IMG/VR virus record: IMGVR_UViG_3300005403_000006
Origin: a virus
Direction: 5' to 3' (one strand)
Length of the DNA stretch: 64,000 nucleotides
Shown here: positions 28,034-36,792 of the stretch, piece by piece
How positions within the stretch are numbered: position 1 is the stretch's first letter
Layout: every line of letters starts with the position of its first letter
Translations under genes and position numbers: made by a program
Notes under the pieces: model-generated
The model's input: only the letters and a program-made list of their open reading frames with translations
Databases searched by the model: none
What the model was told of the DNA's origin: nothing

Positions 28034-28642
28034 TCAAGAATTTATTACCTTACTAATACCTTTCTTTATTCCAACTTCAAAAACATTATCGGCATAAGAT
28101 GTTAAGGTAGTTTCGTGTGTAACTATTATAAATTGGATGCCTAACTGCCTTGATAATTCTTTTAACATTGTGCTTGCTTTCTCTTGGTAATTGGCAGATA
28201 AGAATCGCATTGGTTCATCCAATATAATTGTTTTAGAAATGTTTGGTTGACTTAAACTCCAGCTTGCTATTCGTAAAGCAAAGGCAGCTACATCAACGGC
28301 ACCTCCCCCACTAGCTTCCAAAGGATTTATCTTTTCATCTCCTCTGACAAAAAACAAATCACATTCCATTTTATTTCTCCGCTGCACAAATTCAATTTCT
28401 AATTTGTATGGGTCATTGAAAACACTTTCCATTGCCAATGTAGTTACATCACTAACATGGAACGTTATTTGTTCCTGAGTTGCTTGTGCTACCTCTTTTA
28501 TTATCTGCCTTGCTTTCTCATGTAAATGGAGTTTGGTTTCATTATTTTGGAGCCTAAGGCGTTCATCTTTCAATTGTGTTTTGAGCAATGCTTTTTTACC
28601 TTTTAATTGTTCTAATTTACTCCGTAAAGTTCTTACATCCAT
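28034..28642 (-). CDS. sbcC: SbcC/Rad50-like ATPase, C-terminal head fragment
   Basis: Coiled-coil N-terminus followed by an ABC signature-like EASGGGAVD, Walker B TIILDEP and H-loop IIVTHE. It has its own RBS (AAAGGAG, 7 nt before the ATG). Confidence 0.75.
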   Translation of the reverse strand: MDVRTLRSKLEQLKGKKALLKTQLKDERLRLQNNETKLHLHEKARQIIKEVAQATQEQITFHVSDVTTLAMESVFNDPYKLEIEFVQRRNKMECDLFFVRGDEKINPLEASGGGAVDVAAFALRIASWSLSQPNISKTIILDEPMRFLSANYQEKASTMLKELSRQLGIQFIIVTHETTLTSYADNVFEVGIKKGISKVINS

Positions 28643-28645
28643 AAC

Positions 28646-28888
28646 CTAACTCCTTTCTGAATACTCTTTTTCCAGTTCCTCAGATAATGTTTCGATTTGT
28701 TCCTCTAATGAACTAATCTCTTTTTCCATATTAGCAACTTTATTTTTAGCATCTCCAACGGTTTTACATTCCCAATCGTTTACTAATTGGGCTAACAATG
28801 CTTTCTCCTGCCCTTTCAATTCAGCTATGTTATTTTTGGCATCATCAATTTCCCGTTTCTTCCTTAAAAGTTTTTCTTCTGTTATCAT
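28646..28888 (-). CDS. coiled-coil protein (possible Rad50 coiled-coil segment)
   Basis: 80 aa of heptad-like charged sequence. It ends in TAG, 3 nt before and in frame with the ATG of 28034..28642. Confidence 0.5.
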   Translation of the reverse strand: MITEEKLLRKKREIDDAKNNIAELKGQEKALLAQLVNDWECKTVGDAKNKVANMEKEISSLEEQIETLSEELEKEYSERS

Positions 28889-28900
28889 AATTTTAGGTTT

Positions 28901-29152
28901 TTAGATATTAACTCCTTCTTCCATTAATTTATAAATATATCCTTTTCTATCTAAAGGATGACAATAGACTAATTTTGTTTTTAAAGACTGTTGGTGCAAC
29001 CAATCTTTATGAATACAATGGTACCCAATTGCATTACATTCCACTATTTTCATTAGATATAAGGCTGCATCACTAATTTTGGTTCTAGTTCTAACCATTG
29101 ACCTGTCATTTGACATTTTTTCCATGTTTAATCGTCCTTTTGTACGTTTCAT
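28901..29152 (-). CDS. hypothetical protein
   Basis: 83-aa ORF between sbcD and the coiled-coil ORF. No motif recognised. Confidence 0.4.
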   Translation of the reverse strand: MKRTKGRLNMEKMSNDRSMVRTRTKISDAALYLMKIVECNAIGYHCIHKDWLHQQSLKTKLVYCHPLDRKGYIYKLMEEGVNI

Positions 29153-29176
29153 AATTTTAGGTTTTTAATTTATATT

Positions 29177-29273
29177 TAGGTTTCTGCCAACTTTAACACA
29201 TTTCGTCTGGGGATTTAGGTTCATTTTTAAAAGCAGGAAGTTGTGAACTTTAGCCCGTTTCGTCTGGGGATTT
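29177..29273 (+). repeat. two further copies of the same bipartite motif between sbcD and the 83-aa ORF
   Basis: ATTTCGTCTGGGGATTT lies at 29200-29216 and GTTTCGTCTGGGGATTT at 29257-29273. Each is preceded by a degenerate AGG(A/T)...TT box about 22-23 nt upstream. Confidence 0.8.
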
Positions 29274-29274
29274 T

Positions 29275-30171
29275 TTATTTTTCCATTGCTTCTCTTACAA
29301 TCTGTAAAACTTCCTCCTCAACTTCATTTTTTGTAATAAATATTTCCAAATTTTGCTCAAAGGATAATGATGCTTCCCAATCATTGTCTAATGTGGAAAT
29401 AAAAGCATCTATCCTGTTATCTCTATCCTTTGCTTGTTCTATATGTGCATTGGAAATAGCATCATTAGCAATAGGTAAGTACACGGGTTCAACTGTATTT
29501 GTATCAGCATACCAAAGATACACTCGGGGTTTGTGGTCACTTTGTTTAGTAGTCATTCTGAATATACTTCCAGGATTTACTAACAATCTTCCTTTATATT
29601 CTTCCACAAAAGGAATATGATTATCTCCTGTGATAATCATATCAAATTGTGGGTACTTCATTAACAGTTTAGAAGATTTAGGTGCTTCACAACCAGGCCA
29701 AGGAACAAGTCCCTGATAAGTCATAACGTGCCAAACTAAAACAGTTTTAGTATCAAGTCCTTCTACTTGCCATAAATAACTTGCTTTTGTAGGAATTTCC
29801 AACCAATGACATGTATCAAATACTGATAATTTATTTGCTGTTTCTAAAGTGAATACTCCTGATTTATGTTTCAATTCAATGTTATGCTGGGGTAAATCGT
29901 GATTCCCATACACAGTCATAAACCAATCAGGTAAATGATACATTGTTTTAGACAATAACATAGGACTAGGTTTCCAATAGTCAAACAAATCACCTGAATG
30001 AAACACAGGACAAGCATGTTTTTTCTGTAATGCAGAGATAAAGTCAACTTTTTTCCATTGTGTTTCCCAGAAAGCATCTACTCTACAAGCAGGAACATCT
30101 TCACGAAGGTGCCAATCAGCCGTAAGAATTGCATCTGCTTTTTTAAAAGACTTAATCTTTGTTCGTTCCAT
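29275..30171 (-). CDS. sbcD: SbcD/Mre11-like nuclease (metallophosphoesterase)
   Basis: Contains the calcineurin-like phosphoesterase motifs ILTADWH, SGDLFD and YGNHD, plus later His motifs. Confidence 0.85.
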   Translation of the reverse strand: MERTKIKSFKKADAILTADWHLREDVPACRVDAFWETQWKKVDFISALQKKHACPVFHSGDLFDYWKPSPMLLSKTMYHLPDWFMTVYGNHDLPQHNIELKHKSGVFTLETANKLSVFDTCHWLEIPTKASYLWQVEGLDTKTVLVWHVMTYQGLVPWPGCEAPKSSKLLMKYPQFDMIITGDNHIPFVEEYKGRLLVNPGSIFRMTTKQSDHKPRVYLWYADTNTVEPVYLPIANDAISNAHIEQAKDRDNRIDAFISTLDNDWEASLSFEQNLEIFITKNEVEEEVLQIVREAMEK

Positions 30172-30180
30172 AATTACTTT

Positions 30181-30357
30181 TTAAATATCACTAATTGAAA
30201 CAACTCTTTCATTTCCACACTTATTTTTAATAGCTTCCTCAATACTTGCAAACTTCCTAACATCATTAATGTTTAAAGTATAGGAGCAAGTTGAACCTGA
30301 CTTAGCTACATACTTCCCATTATTATGCCCGTTACCCATACATTGTAATACATACAT
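30181..30357 (-). CDS. small ORF (58 aa) between the sbcC N-fragment and sbcD
   Basis: My translation is MYVLQCMGNGHNNGKYVAKSGSTCSYTLNINDVRKFASIEEAIKNKCGNERVVSISDI. It fills the gap and falls below the ORF-track cutoff. Confidence 0.3.
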   Translation of the reverse strand: MYVLQCMGNGHNNGKYVAKSGSTCSYTLNINDVRKFASIEEAIKNKCGNERVVSISDI

Positions 30358-30361
30358 ACCT

Positions 30362-31426
30362 TTATTTTTTAATTATAGAATTACAAAAAGGGCAAATTCC
30401 AGGGTAATCTCTATGATATTCTTTCTCAATTATTTCAAGTGATTTTAACATGGTTTCCTGACGTTTTCTCAAATTATTGATACTATTTGTGAGATTAACA
30501 AAAGAAGTGTATTCCTTACGTACTTCCTTTAGTTCCTTATACAGTTCTAATAATTTGTTAATAGTGCTTTCAGAAATTAATAAGGCTGAATAAGATTCCT
30601 GTTCTTTTTTGTTACGGGATAAATCAACCACAATTCCATTAAGGTTTCTGACATCTTTCTTTATTTGCTTAACCTTAGTGTAATTCTCCAACAACAAATT
30701 AACAGTTTTTTCATTTTTAAGAATACTGGAATAAGATACCTGCTCCTCTATAACTTCTTCTAATGAGGTGCACAAGTTTACCAATAGTTTCCGATTTGCA
30801 CCTATTTCATCTTTGGACTTTACTTTACTTTCTAATACTTCCAACTTAATTTCAAAGTCTTGTAAAAAATCCCATTGCTTATAAGATTCTTTGTAAGCTT
30901 CAATGTTGGAGGTATTTGTATTTATGTCCTGAGTTACTTTAGTTATAATACTTTGCACATACTGAATACCTGTATCAATCTTTTCCAGTTTAGCAATCTT
31001 GTTAAAATGCTTTGCAACTTGTCCAGGAGTATCACTTAATAAGTAAGGAGCATCTAATTGTTCTTGTAAATTGATTGAATCGAAAGCCAAAGCTTTTTCA
31101 ATCTCAACAGGAACATCAGTACCAAATGCTTTGAATAATAAAGGCTTATTACCTTTTACTTGCAGTTCATATTCATTAGTGGAATTGCCTTTGGTTCGTT
31201 TTACTCTAGTTCCATTTTTAAGAATGAGTTCTACAATAGTATCACCTCCCCAATTACTTCTAAAAGCATCTCCAGTGGGTTTATTTGTAATTACCCATCG
31301 TAATGCTCTAATAATTGCAGTTTTTCCTGAATCACTAAATCCTATAAAAATATTTACATTGTTACCAAACTCAATGAAAGTATTTTTATGGGATTGAAAG
31401 TTTTGTATCTGTAAGAACTGTACCAT
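30362..31426 (-). CDS. sbcC: SbcC/Rad50-like ATPase, N-terminal head plus coiled coil, ending at the zinc hook
   Basis: FLQIQNFQSHKNTFIEF and the Walker A GFSDSGKTA lead into a long coiled coil. The C-terminus is YPGICPFCNSIIKK, which is a CPxC hook motif. Confidence 0.8.
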   Translation of the reverse strand: MVQFLQIQNFQSHKNTFIEFGNNVNIFIGFSDSGKTAIIRALRWVITNKPTGDAFRSNWGGDTIVELILKNGTRVKRTKGNSTNEYELQVKGNKPLLFKAFGTDVPVEIEKALAFDSINLQEQLDAPYLLSDTPGQVAKHFNKIAKLEKIDTGIQYVQSIITKVTQDINTNTSNIEAYKESYKQWDFLQDFEIKLEVLESKVKSKDEIGANRKLLVNLCTSLEEVIEEQVSYSSILKNEKTVNLLLENYTKVKQIKKDVRNLNGIVVDLSRNKKEQESYSALLISESTINKLLELYKELKEVRKEYTSFVNLTNSINNLRKRQETMLKSLEIIEKEYHRDYPGICPFCNSIIKK

Positions 31427-31437
31427 ACTTTTATGTT

Positions 31438-31671
31438 TTAATAAATATCAGCTTCTGAGGCATCACATTCCCTCCACAACCGCCTTTCATATTCTTTGTT
31501 TGCTTCCTTTTGTAATACGTTTAAGTTGTCACCAACATATTTTTTAACATCTCCAAAAAGAAACTTTGATTCATACATATAAATCAAGTATGAAGCAGGA
31601 ACATTTCCTATCTTTTCTCCTTCATATTTCCCAAAAGGCATTATAAAGGAATCAGTTATTTCTTTTTTCAT
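31438..31671 (-). CDS. DUF3820-like protein
   Basis: MPFGKYEGEKIGNVPASYLIYMY matches the FGKYKG...P..YL pattern of DUF3820. Confidence 0.5.
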   Translation of the reverse strand: MKKEITDSFIMPFGKYEGEKIGNVPASYLIYMYESKFLFGDVKKYVGDNLNVLQKEANKEYERRLWRECDASEADIY

Positions 31672-31871
31672 TGTTTCCTAATATCAAATGATTGGTTAAC
31701 ATGGTTTGAATCTTCTACACCTGCTTGCCATCCTTCCCTATAAATACTTTCAAAAAAATCTACTTGTTTTTTATAATTTTCAAAAAACTGGCTTGGTGTT
31801 AAATTTAATCCTTGATGTAACTCTTTTGCCAAATTCATAAATCTATCCACATATTCTTCTCCTTTTGTCAT
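31668..31871 (-). CDS. hypothetical protein
   Basis: 67-aa ORF with an ATGA overlap onto the next gene. Confidence 0.45.
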   Translation of the reverse strand: MTKGEEYVDRFMNLAKELHQGLNLTPSQFFENYKKQVDFFESIYREGWQAGVEDSNHVNQSFDIRKQ

Positions 31872-31881
31872 ACATTTATTT

Positions 31882-32196
31882 TTAAATTGTTTTTAATCTC
31901 CAATAAAATCCTCCTGCTGTTTGTGAGGACCCATTAACAGCTTTTGATATTGAATGTTTGGTTAGCTGTACTTTCCTTGCAGCGGCCGCCATATTATCAT
32001 ACTCTGCAAGTATATTACCTCTAACATCTAATTGAATTACACACTTACCATGTGCATTTTGTTTTCGTCCTTCATCAAATCCAATTGCATATAACCTTTC
32101 CAAATGAACAACAACATCCTGTTTATTAAACTGTAATAGTAAACCGTTCTTTATAAGTTCATCTGCTATTTTAGTAGCTGCAATTACTTGTTCCAT
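31882..32196 (-). CDS. DNA-binding protein with a NUMOD1/IENR1-like C-terminal motif
   Basis: VIQLDVRGNILAEYDNMAAAARKVQLTKHSISKAVNGSSQTAGGFYWR resembles homing-endonuclease-type DNA-binding modules. The track start (32277) overlaps the upstream ORF, so the ATG at 32196 (MEQVIAAT) is more likely. Confidence 0.45.
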   Translation of the reverse strand: MEQVIAATKIADELIKNGLLLQFNKQDVVVHLERLYAIGFDEGRKQNAHGKCVIQLDVRGNILAEYDNMAAAARKVQLTKHSISKAVNGSSQTAGGFYWRLKTI

Positions 32197-32200
32197 TACT

Positions 32201-32434
32201 TCATTGTTTTTTATTCTCCTCAGCAAATTCCAACATCTCACTTGAATTAAGTTCAATTCGTTGATAATTGTTTTCAACTAATACCAACGAATCAGTATCT
32301 AAATACTCCTCAATAATAACCAAAACCTTTTCTCCTGCTTTAAATTTAATAGTAACAGATACTGCTCTTTCATAATCAATTCCTAACATTTTTAAAATTT
32401 TCAATGCGGAATCATCAGTTGATTGTATAACCAT
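32201..32434 (-). CDS. hypothetical protein
   Basis: 77-aa ORF on the coding strand. Confidence 0.4.
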   Translation of the reverse strand: MVIQSTDDSALKILKMLGIDYERAVSVTIKFKAGEKVLVIIEEYLDTDSLVLVENNYQRIELNSSEMLEFAEENKKQ

Positions 32435-32450
32435 AATTTTTATTTTTAAG

Positions 32451-33053
32451 TTATTTCATTGTTTGCATTGCTTTTAAAACGGGACTAACTAATGATGCAG
32501 TATAATGTATTGAAAGGCTGTCTGCTACCGCTTCATCTATGTAAGATGAACCTGACCAAATTGCAATAATATTTCCTTTAGGTCCTTTTTTAACATTACC
32601 TCTTATTGGAACTTTATACAATTTATCAATAGCCCAAATAGTTTCTATCTTCTCACCTGATAACTTTCCTAATAAGGCTTTCTTGCTATCACCTTCACTA
32701 TACCACTCTATTCCAATACCTGAACAAATAGAAATAGTCTGCATAATACCTTTTACTATTCCTATCGCATCAGCAGCAACAGCACTTTGACTCCCATGAG
32801 GTAATTCCGAAACAATAAACTTTATATTGTAGGTTTTGATTACAGATAACAACGATTCCACTAATACTGTTATTCTACTAATGGAATCATCTCCTTTCCT
32901 TATCCGCAACTTCTTATGATTAGATGCTGTTTTAATACACCCACAATCCAGTATTTTAGATTTTTGGTCTAGTACAGCCCACCCCCATGCAGTAATAGAA
33001 GGGTCACAGGCAAGTACATTGAAGGTATTACTGTTTTGTTTGGTTCGTTCCAT
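32451..33053 (-). CDS. RuvC-like Holliday junction resolvase
   Basis: The N-terminal VLACDPSITAWGWAVLD (catalytic Asp strand) and the 200-aa length fit an RNase H-fold resolvase. Confidence 0.55.
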   Translation of the reverse strand: MERTKQNSNTFNVLACDPSITAWGWAVLDQKSKILDCGCIKTASNHKKLRIRKGDDSISRITVLVESLLSVIKTYNIKFIVSELPHGSQSAVAADAIGIVKGIMQTISICSGIGIEWYSEGDSKKALLGKLSGEKIETIWAIDKLYKVPIRGNVKKGPKGNIIAIWSGSSYIDEAVADSLSIHYTASLVSPVLKAMQTMK

Positions 33054-34165
33054 TACTCATATTTATTTTTCCTACCTAAACGTAACTCCTCTTCAAACTC
33101 ATCCCAAACCTTTTTAACAATCAATTGTAATGTTTTATACAATCCGTTTTCCTCAATTGTAGTAATAAGTTTAGTCCTAGTGCAACTGTCAAAGTCAAAA
33201 TCTCCATTAAAGTTGATTTTAGCAGTCCCTCCTCCTGTCCAGTGTCCCATCTTAATCAGATAGTCAATACAACTACCAATATCATCAATACCGTAATCAT
33301 AATAAATTTCAAACTCAACTCTCCTATGAGTACCTAGTATTTTGTTTTTGGTGATATTTACTTCTACACGGCTACCTATTGCAGTTTCTTTTTTCTTAAT
33401 TTCCCCGATAGGCTTCAACCACATTTCATGGTGTGCATAAAACTTTAAGGCACGTCCTCCACTTCTAGTTTCTTTTGAAAAAGACCTTGGGTCAACATTA
33501 TCTCTAGTTTGACTGATAATAAATAAAACACTTTTTGATTGTGCTAACCCGCTAGTAATATTACGAAGTATGCTACTACTTGCCTTTGCTTTAGCCATTC
33601 CGTAAGTCCCTGCATTGTCTTTTTTATCTTTTTCAATTGCATCAACCATTTCCTCCATCTTCTTTTGGTCTTCCATTGCATCTAAGGCATCATAGCTATC
33701 CAACACATATAAGAAAGGTTTATCCTTCTTTAATCTGTGAGTGATGTTAGCCTGAAAATGTTGCACAGTAGAACTGAAATGTTCCTCTTTTTCGGGACGT
33801 GCTGATACAATACGTTTAGAAGCACTTTCTCCAAACAGATATTTCATGTTAAAAGAATTAGCACGTTCTACATCATCATAAATGAAGGAGTAGTCGTCAA
33901 AGGATTCCTTCATATTAGCTTCTGCAAAAGCAGTTAATGCAAGAATAGTCTTGCCACCATGACTTGCTCCAATAATATTAATCATAGTACCTTTTTTAGC
34001 ACCTCCTTCAATTGTACCTGACATTGCTAAATTAAGTAACGTACTACCCATTGGAACTAAATCATTAGGGTCAATATGATTATCCTCTTCAACTGCTTTA
34101 GATGCTTTCTTATTTCGGGAAAGCATCTGATTAGCTAAGGTTTTCTTACTACTGCTTCGTATCAT
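33053..34165 (-). CDS. RecA-family recombinase (UvsX/RecA-like)
   Basis: GSTLLNLAMSG...GTMINIIGASHGGKTILAL is a RecA-type Walker A context. FLYVLDSYDAL is the Walker B. Confidence 0.65.
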   Translation of the reverse strand: MIRSSSKKTLANQMLSRNKKASKAVEEDNHIDPNDLVPMGSTLLNLAMSGTIEGGAKKGTMINIIGASHGGKTILALTAFAEANMKESFDDYSFIYDDVERANSFNMKYLFGESASKRIVSARPEKEEHFSSTVQHFQANITHRLKKDKPFLYVLDSYDALDAMEDQKKMEEMVDAIEKDKKDNAGTYGMAKAKASSSILRNITSGLAQSKSVLFIISQTRDNVDPRSFSKETRSGGRALKFYAHHEMWLKPIGEIKKKETAIGSRVEVNITKNKILGTHRRVEFEIYYDYGIDDIGSCIDYLIKMGHWTGGGTAKINFNGDFDFDSCTRTKLITTIEENGLYKTLQLIVKKVWDEFEEELRLGRKNKYE

Positions 34166-34520
34166 GTCTAAATATTTTAATCATATTAGCAATAAAGGTT
34201 TCATCAAATCCTTGCTTCTTTAACTCTTCCGTAATCTGTGTAATAAACTTTTCTGATTTAACTTTCCTTTTCTTTGCATCTTCCCATTTAGGAATAAGAA
34301 CAAGTTTAACAGTTTCTTGAACTAATTCCTTTTCAGATACCTGGTGTTTAGTTACATCATTGTACCAATCATCCAACAAAGAATTAATAATTTCTGTTTT
34401 GGAAAGACTGTTTACAATCCCATATAGTGTGAGGTACACGTATAAGTTTGTAGGTACATAAGCACCTACAAACTTAGCTGTTTTAACACCTTCACTATTT
34501 TTTTTAGTGAAAATTTTCAT
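34149..34520 (-). CDS. hypothetical protein
   Basis: 123-aa ORF overlapping the recombinase start. Confidence 0.45.
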   Translation of the reverse strand: MKIFTKKNSEGVKTAKFVGAYVPTNLYVYLTLYGIVNSLSKTEIINSLLDDWYNDVTKHQVSEKELVQETVKLVLIPKWEDAKKRKVKSEKFITQITEELKKQGFDETFIANMIKIFRHDTKQ

Positions 34521-34536
34521 TTTATTTCCTTTTTAA

Positions 34537-35745
34537 TTAGTTTGCATCCAAACAAGCATCCCACAATGGGCATCCATCACATTCTTCCAATTCGTCATTG
34601 TCTTTTCCGAATGTGCCTCCTGCTGGGCATTTATTTGTTTTTGCTTTTTTAGCAGACTCCTCTTTTACTTCTACTTTCTTTTTAAGTGCAGGTTCGTCCT
34701 CTTCATCATCATCCTCTTCCACTACTGCTTTTTTAGTAGGCTTTTTTGCTAGTGCAGCTTTCTTTTTAGGTACTTCAATATCAAGTGCCTCTGCAATTGC
34801 TACCTGCAAATCATAAGCCTCTTCAAAATCATCAACATCTACCTCCAACCCATGCGCCTCAACTACATCAATCAATTCAGTAATATCCATTTCTGAAATA
34901 TCATCCCAATCTAATGTAGGAAGTTTCTTAGTAGGCTTTTTAGTAGGAGTGGCTTTTTTCTTAGGCGTTTCATCTTCATCATCCTCTTCCTCCACTAATT
35001 CACCTTCGTCAATTTCGTGGAACTTTGCAAACATTGCCTCATAAGATAATTCCTGTAATACATCGTCTAATGAAGGCAAATCACCTAAAATATCTGCATC
35101 AATAGCTTCCTCTCTATCTACGAAATCAATCCTACTTGCCTTAGCATAGGTATTTTTCATAAATGTTTCCTCATCCCAACGAACTTTCAACGTTTTACCT
35201 TCCTCTAAATCAGGAAATACTTCATTCTCCTCATTTTCTTCAATTTCCTCATTTAGCAAATTCTGAAAATTCCATTGTGAAAAATCAAACAGATGAACAA
35301 CTTCTTCTAATTTCTTAATCCCTCTTGGAATTACATAATAAAGATTTCTGTTGCTTGGTTTCAATTCCTTGATTAATGCTTCATCAGCACCTTCTTTAAT
35401 CAATTTCTTGCGGTACTCACAAATAGGACACTTCTTACCAAATGATGATAAACACACCACTGAATCATTATCAGTTCCAATACTTCTATGTGTTTTAAAC
35501 GGGCGTTTGTACCACAAATCTCCTTTTTCAGCTACTCCTACTTCTGCATTTCTGTCAGGGTGATGATTATCGGTAATAGTGTATGGTATCACGTCAAACG
35601 ATTCCTTACTACCCGGAGTAGGTGAATATACTTGCACACCTTTAGGGAGTATCAGATACCCATAACTACTTGCGGCATTCTTTTGCCGCCCTACATCAGA
35701 CTTTACCTTTCCTCTAAAGGCACTCTGTTTTACTTTTTTAGCCAT
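34537..35745 (-). CDS. ssDNA-binding protein (gp32-like zinc motif) with a long acidic/Lys-rich repeat tail
   Basis: VVCLSSFGKKCPICEY resembles the T4 gp32 zinc site (CPVCQY). The C-terminal half has EEDDEDE and KKKATPTKKPTKK repeats and ends in a Cys cluster, CPAGG...CDGCPLWDAC. Confidence 0.5.
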   Translation of the reverse strand: MAKKVKQSAFRGKVKSDVGRQKNAASSYGYLILPKGVQVYSPTPGSKESFDVIPYTITDNHHPDRNAEVGVAEKGDLWYKRPFKTHRSIGTDNDSVVCLSSFGKKCPICEYRKKLIKEGADEALIKELKPSNRNLYYVIPRGIKKLEEVVHLFDFSQWNFQNLLNEEIEENEENEVFPDLEEGKTLKVRWDEETFMKNTYAKASRIDFVDREEAIDADILGDLPSLDDVLQELSYEAMFAKFHEIDEGELVEEEDDEDETPKKKATPTKKPTKKLPTLDWDDISEMDITELIDVVEAHGLEVDVDDFEEAYDLQVAIAEALDIEVPKKKAALAKKPTKKAVVEEDDDEEDEPALKKKVEVKEESAKKAKTNKCPAGGTFGKDNDELEECDGCPLWDACLDAN

Positions 35746-35760
35746 AATATTTAGATTTAA

Positions 35761-36264
35761 TTAGTATTTCCTTTTTAACCTTGTTGCAACTCCTATATTT
35801 GCTTTTTCCTGCAATTGACTTTGCTCATACTCATACGATAAATCCCTTGGTACGCTAGGGCCTGCAAAGTAATTTTGCCCATGTAATTTTACTAAATTCT
35901 CTAAGGCTGTTTTTCTGCTAAAACTTATTTCATTTTTAGCCGCAGTTGCAATATTTAACTCGTATTGGGCATCTATTACATCTTTTTTAGCCTCAATATG
36001 ATTTTCATGTTGCCTATAATACTGCTCAACATTAGCTACTGTAGGCTTAACTCCCTTTCCTAAACATTCCTCTGGGTCTTCGTTGGCTCTGTTTACCAAC
36101 TGTGCTTTTACCAACTGAATGTGTTCCTCAGCTTCTTGTAATTTTTTAAAACAATCAGCATAATACCTCCCATACTTCATTGCAAGTGCAGGCTGGTTGA
36201 GCCACTCAACGTCTAAGGCGCTTTCATTGATTTTTACATCTTCCTCATAATCTAAATTTTCCAT
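35761..36264 (-). CDS. hypothetical protein (possible UvsY-like recombination mediator)
   Basis: 167-aa helical protein between the SSB-like gene and small ORFs. The assignment is by context only. Confidence 0.25.
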   Translation of the reverse strand: MENLDYEEDVKINESALDVEWLNQPALAMKYGRYYADCFKKLQEAEEHIQLVKAQLVNRANEDPEECLGKGVKPTVANVEQYYRQHENHIEAKKDVIDAQYELNIATAAKNEISFSRKTALENLVKLHGQNYFAGPSVPRDLSYEYEQSQLQEKANIGVATRLKRKY

Positions 36265-36279
36265 AGTTCAATGTTTAGT

Positions 36280-36498
36280 TTAAACTCCAAATGCTTCATC
36301 CAATAACAATAAAGTATTATCTCTATCAAATATTTCTTCCCATACATGATAGCTCCTATTACTTTCTCCTTGCATTGAGAAATACACATATATCCCAAAA
36401 GGAGAGTTACTCCCTTCATGTACAAAAGGCTCATATCTTTTGATTGCAGATAAACGATACCTTTTGTTTTTAATTTTAATAAATTCTTGTTTAGCCAT
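36280..36498 (-). CDS. hypothetical protein
   Basis: 72-aa ORF on the coding strand. Confidence 0.45.
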   Translation of the reverse strand: MAKQEFIKIKNKRYRLSAIKRYEPFVHEGSNSPFGIYVYFSMQGESNRSYHVWEEIFDRDNTLLLLDEAFGV

Positions 36499-36510
36499 AA
36501 CTATTATATA

Positions 36511-36708
36511 TTAAGTGAATAAATCCCAACCTGTTTCAAATATTTTAGAAGTACGTAATTTCCAAAAATCTTCCTCATACATTACATACCCATCATTAGT
36601 CAATACAGTATCTATGCCTTTAATAGTAGCCCATTCATCATAAGTAAAAGTGGTATGACTTACTTTCAATCCCGCTCTCATTCTTTCTTTAGCCTCTGTA
36701 TTTGTCAT
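36511..36708 (-). CDS. hypothetical protein (first gene after the 36.7-kb promoter)
   Basis: 65-aa ORF starting 24 nt downstream of a consensus -7 box. Confidence 0.5.
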   Translation of the reverse strand: MTNTEAKERMRAGLKVSHTTFTYDEWATIKGIDTVLTNDGYVMYEEDFWKLRTSKIFETGWDLFT

Positions 36709-36732
36709 ACCACTTTACTATTAACTATTACA

Positions 36733-36763
36733 CAAAGATAATCTATTATTTTAAATAAACAAA
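36733..36763 (-). promoter_or_regulatory. Bacteroidota-type promoter TTTG-N19-TATCTTTG
   Basis: The minus strand reads AAAAAAGTTTG-(19 nt)-TATCTTTG. The -7 box lies 24 nt before the ATG at 36708. The block is shared with three other sites. Confidence 0.7.
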
Positions 36764-36792
36764 CTTTTTTAAACTTTATTTTAATCCTACTT

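Noticed and set aside
28640-28651. Whether the in-frame TAG between the 80-aa coiled-coil ORF and the 202-aa SbcC C-fragment is a sign of stop-codon recoding or readthrough
   Set aside because: The downstream ATG has its own good RBS (AAAGGAG, 7 nt upstream), so independent initiation is sufficient. No other long gene in the window is interrupted by in-frame TAG or TGA, and coding density is normal under the standard code. Being in frame has a one-in-three chance expectation.
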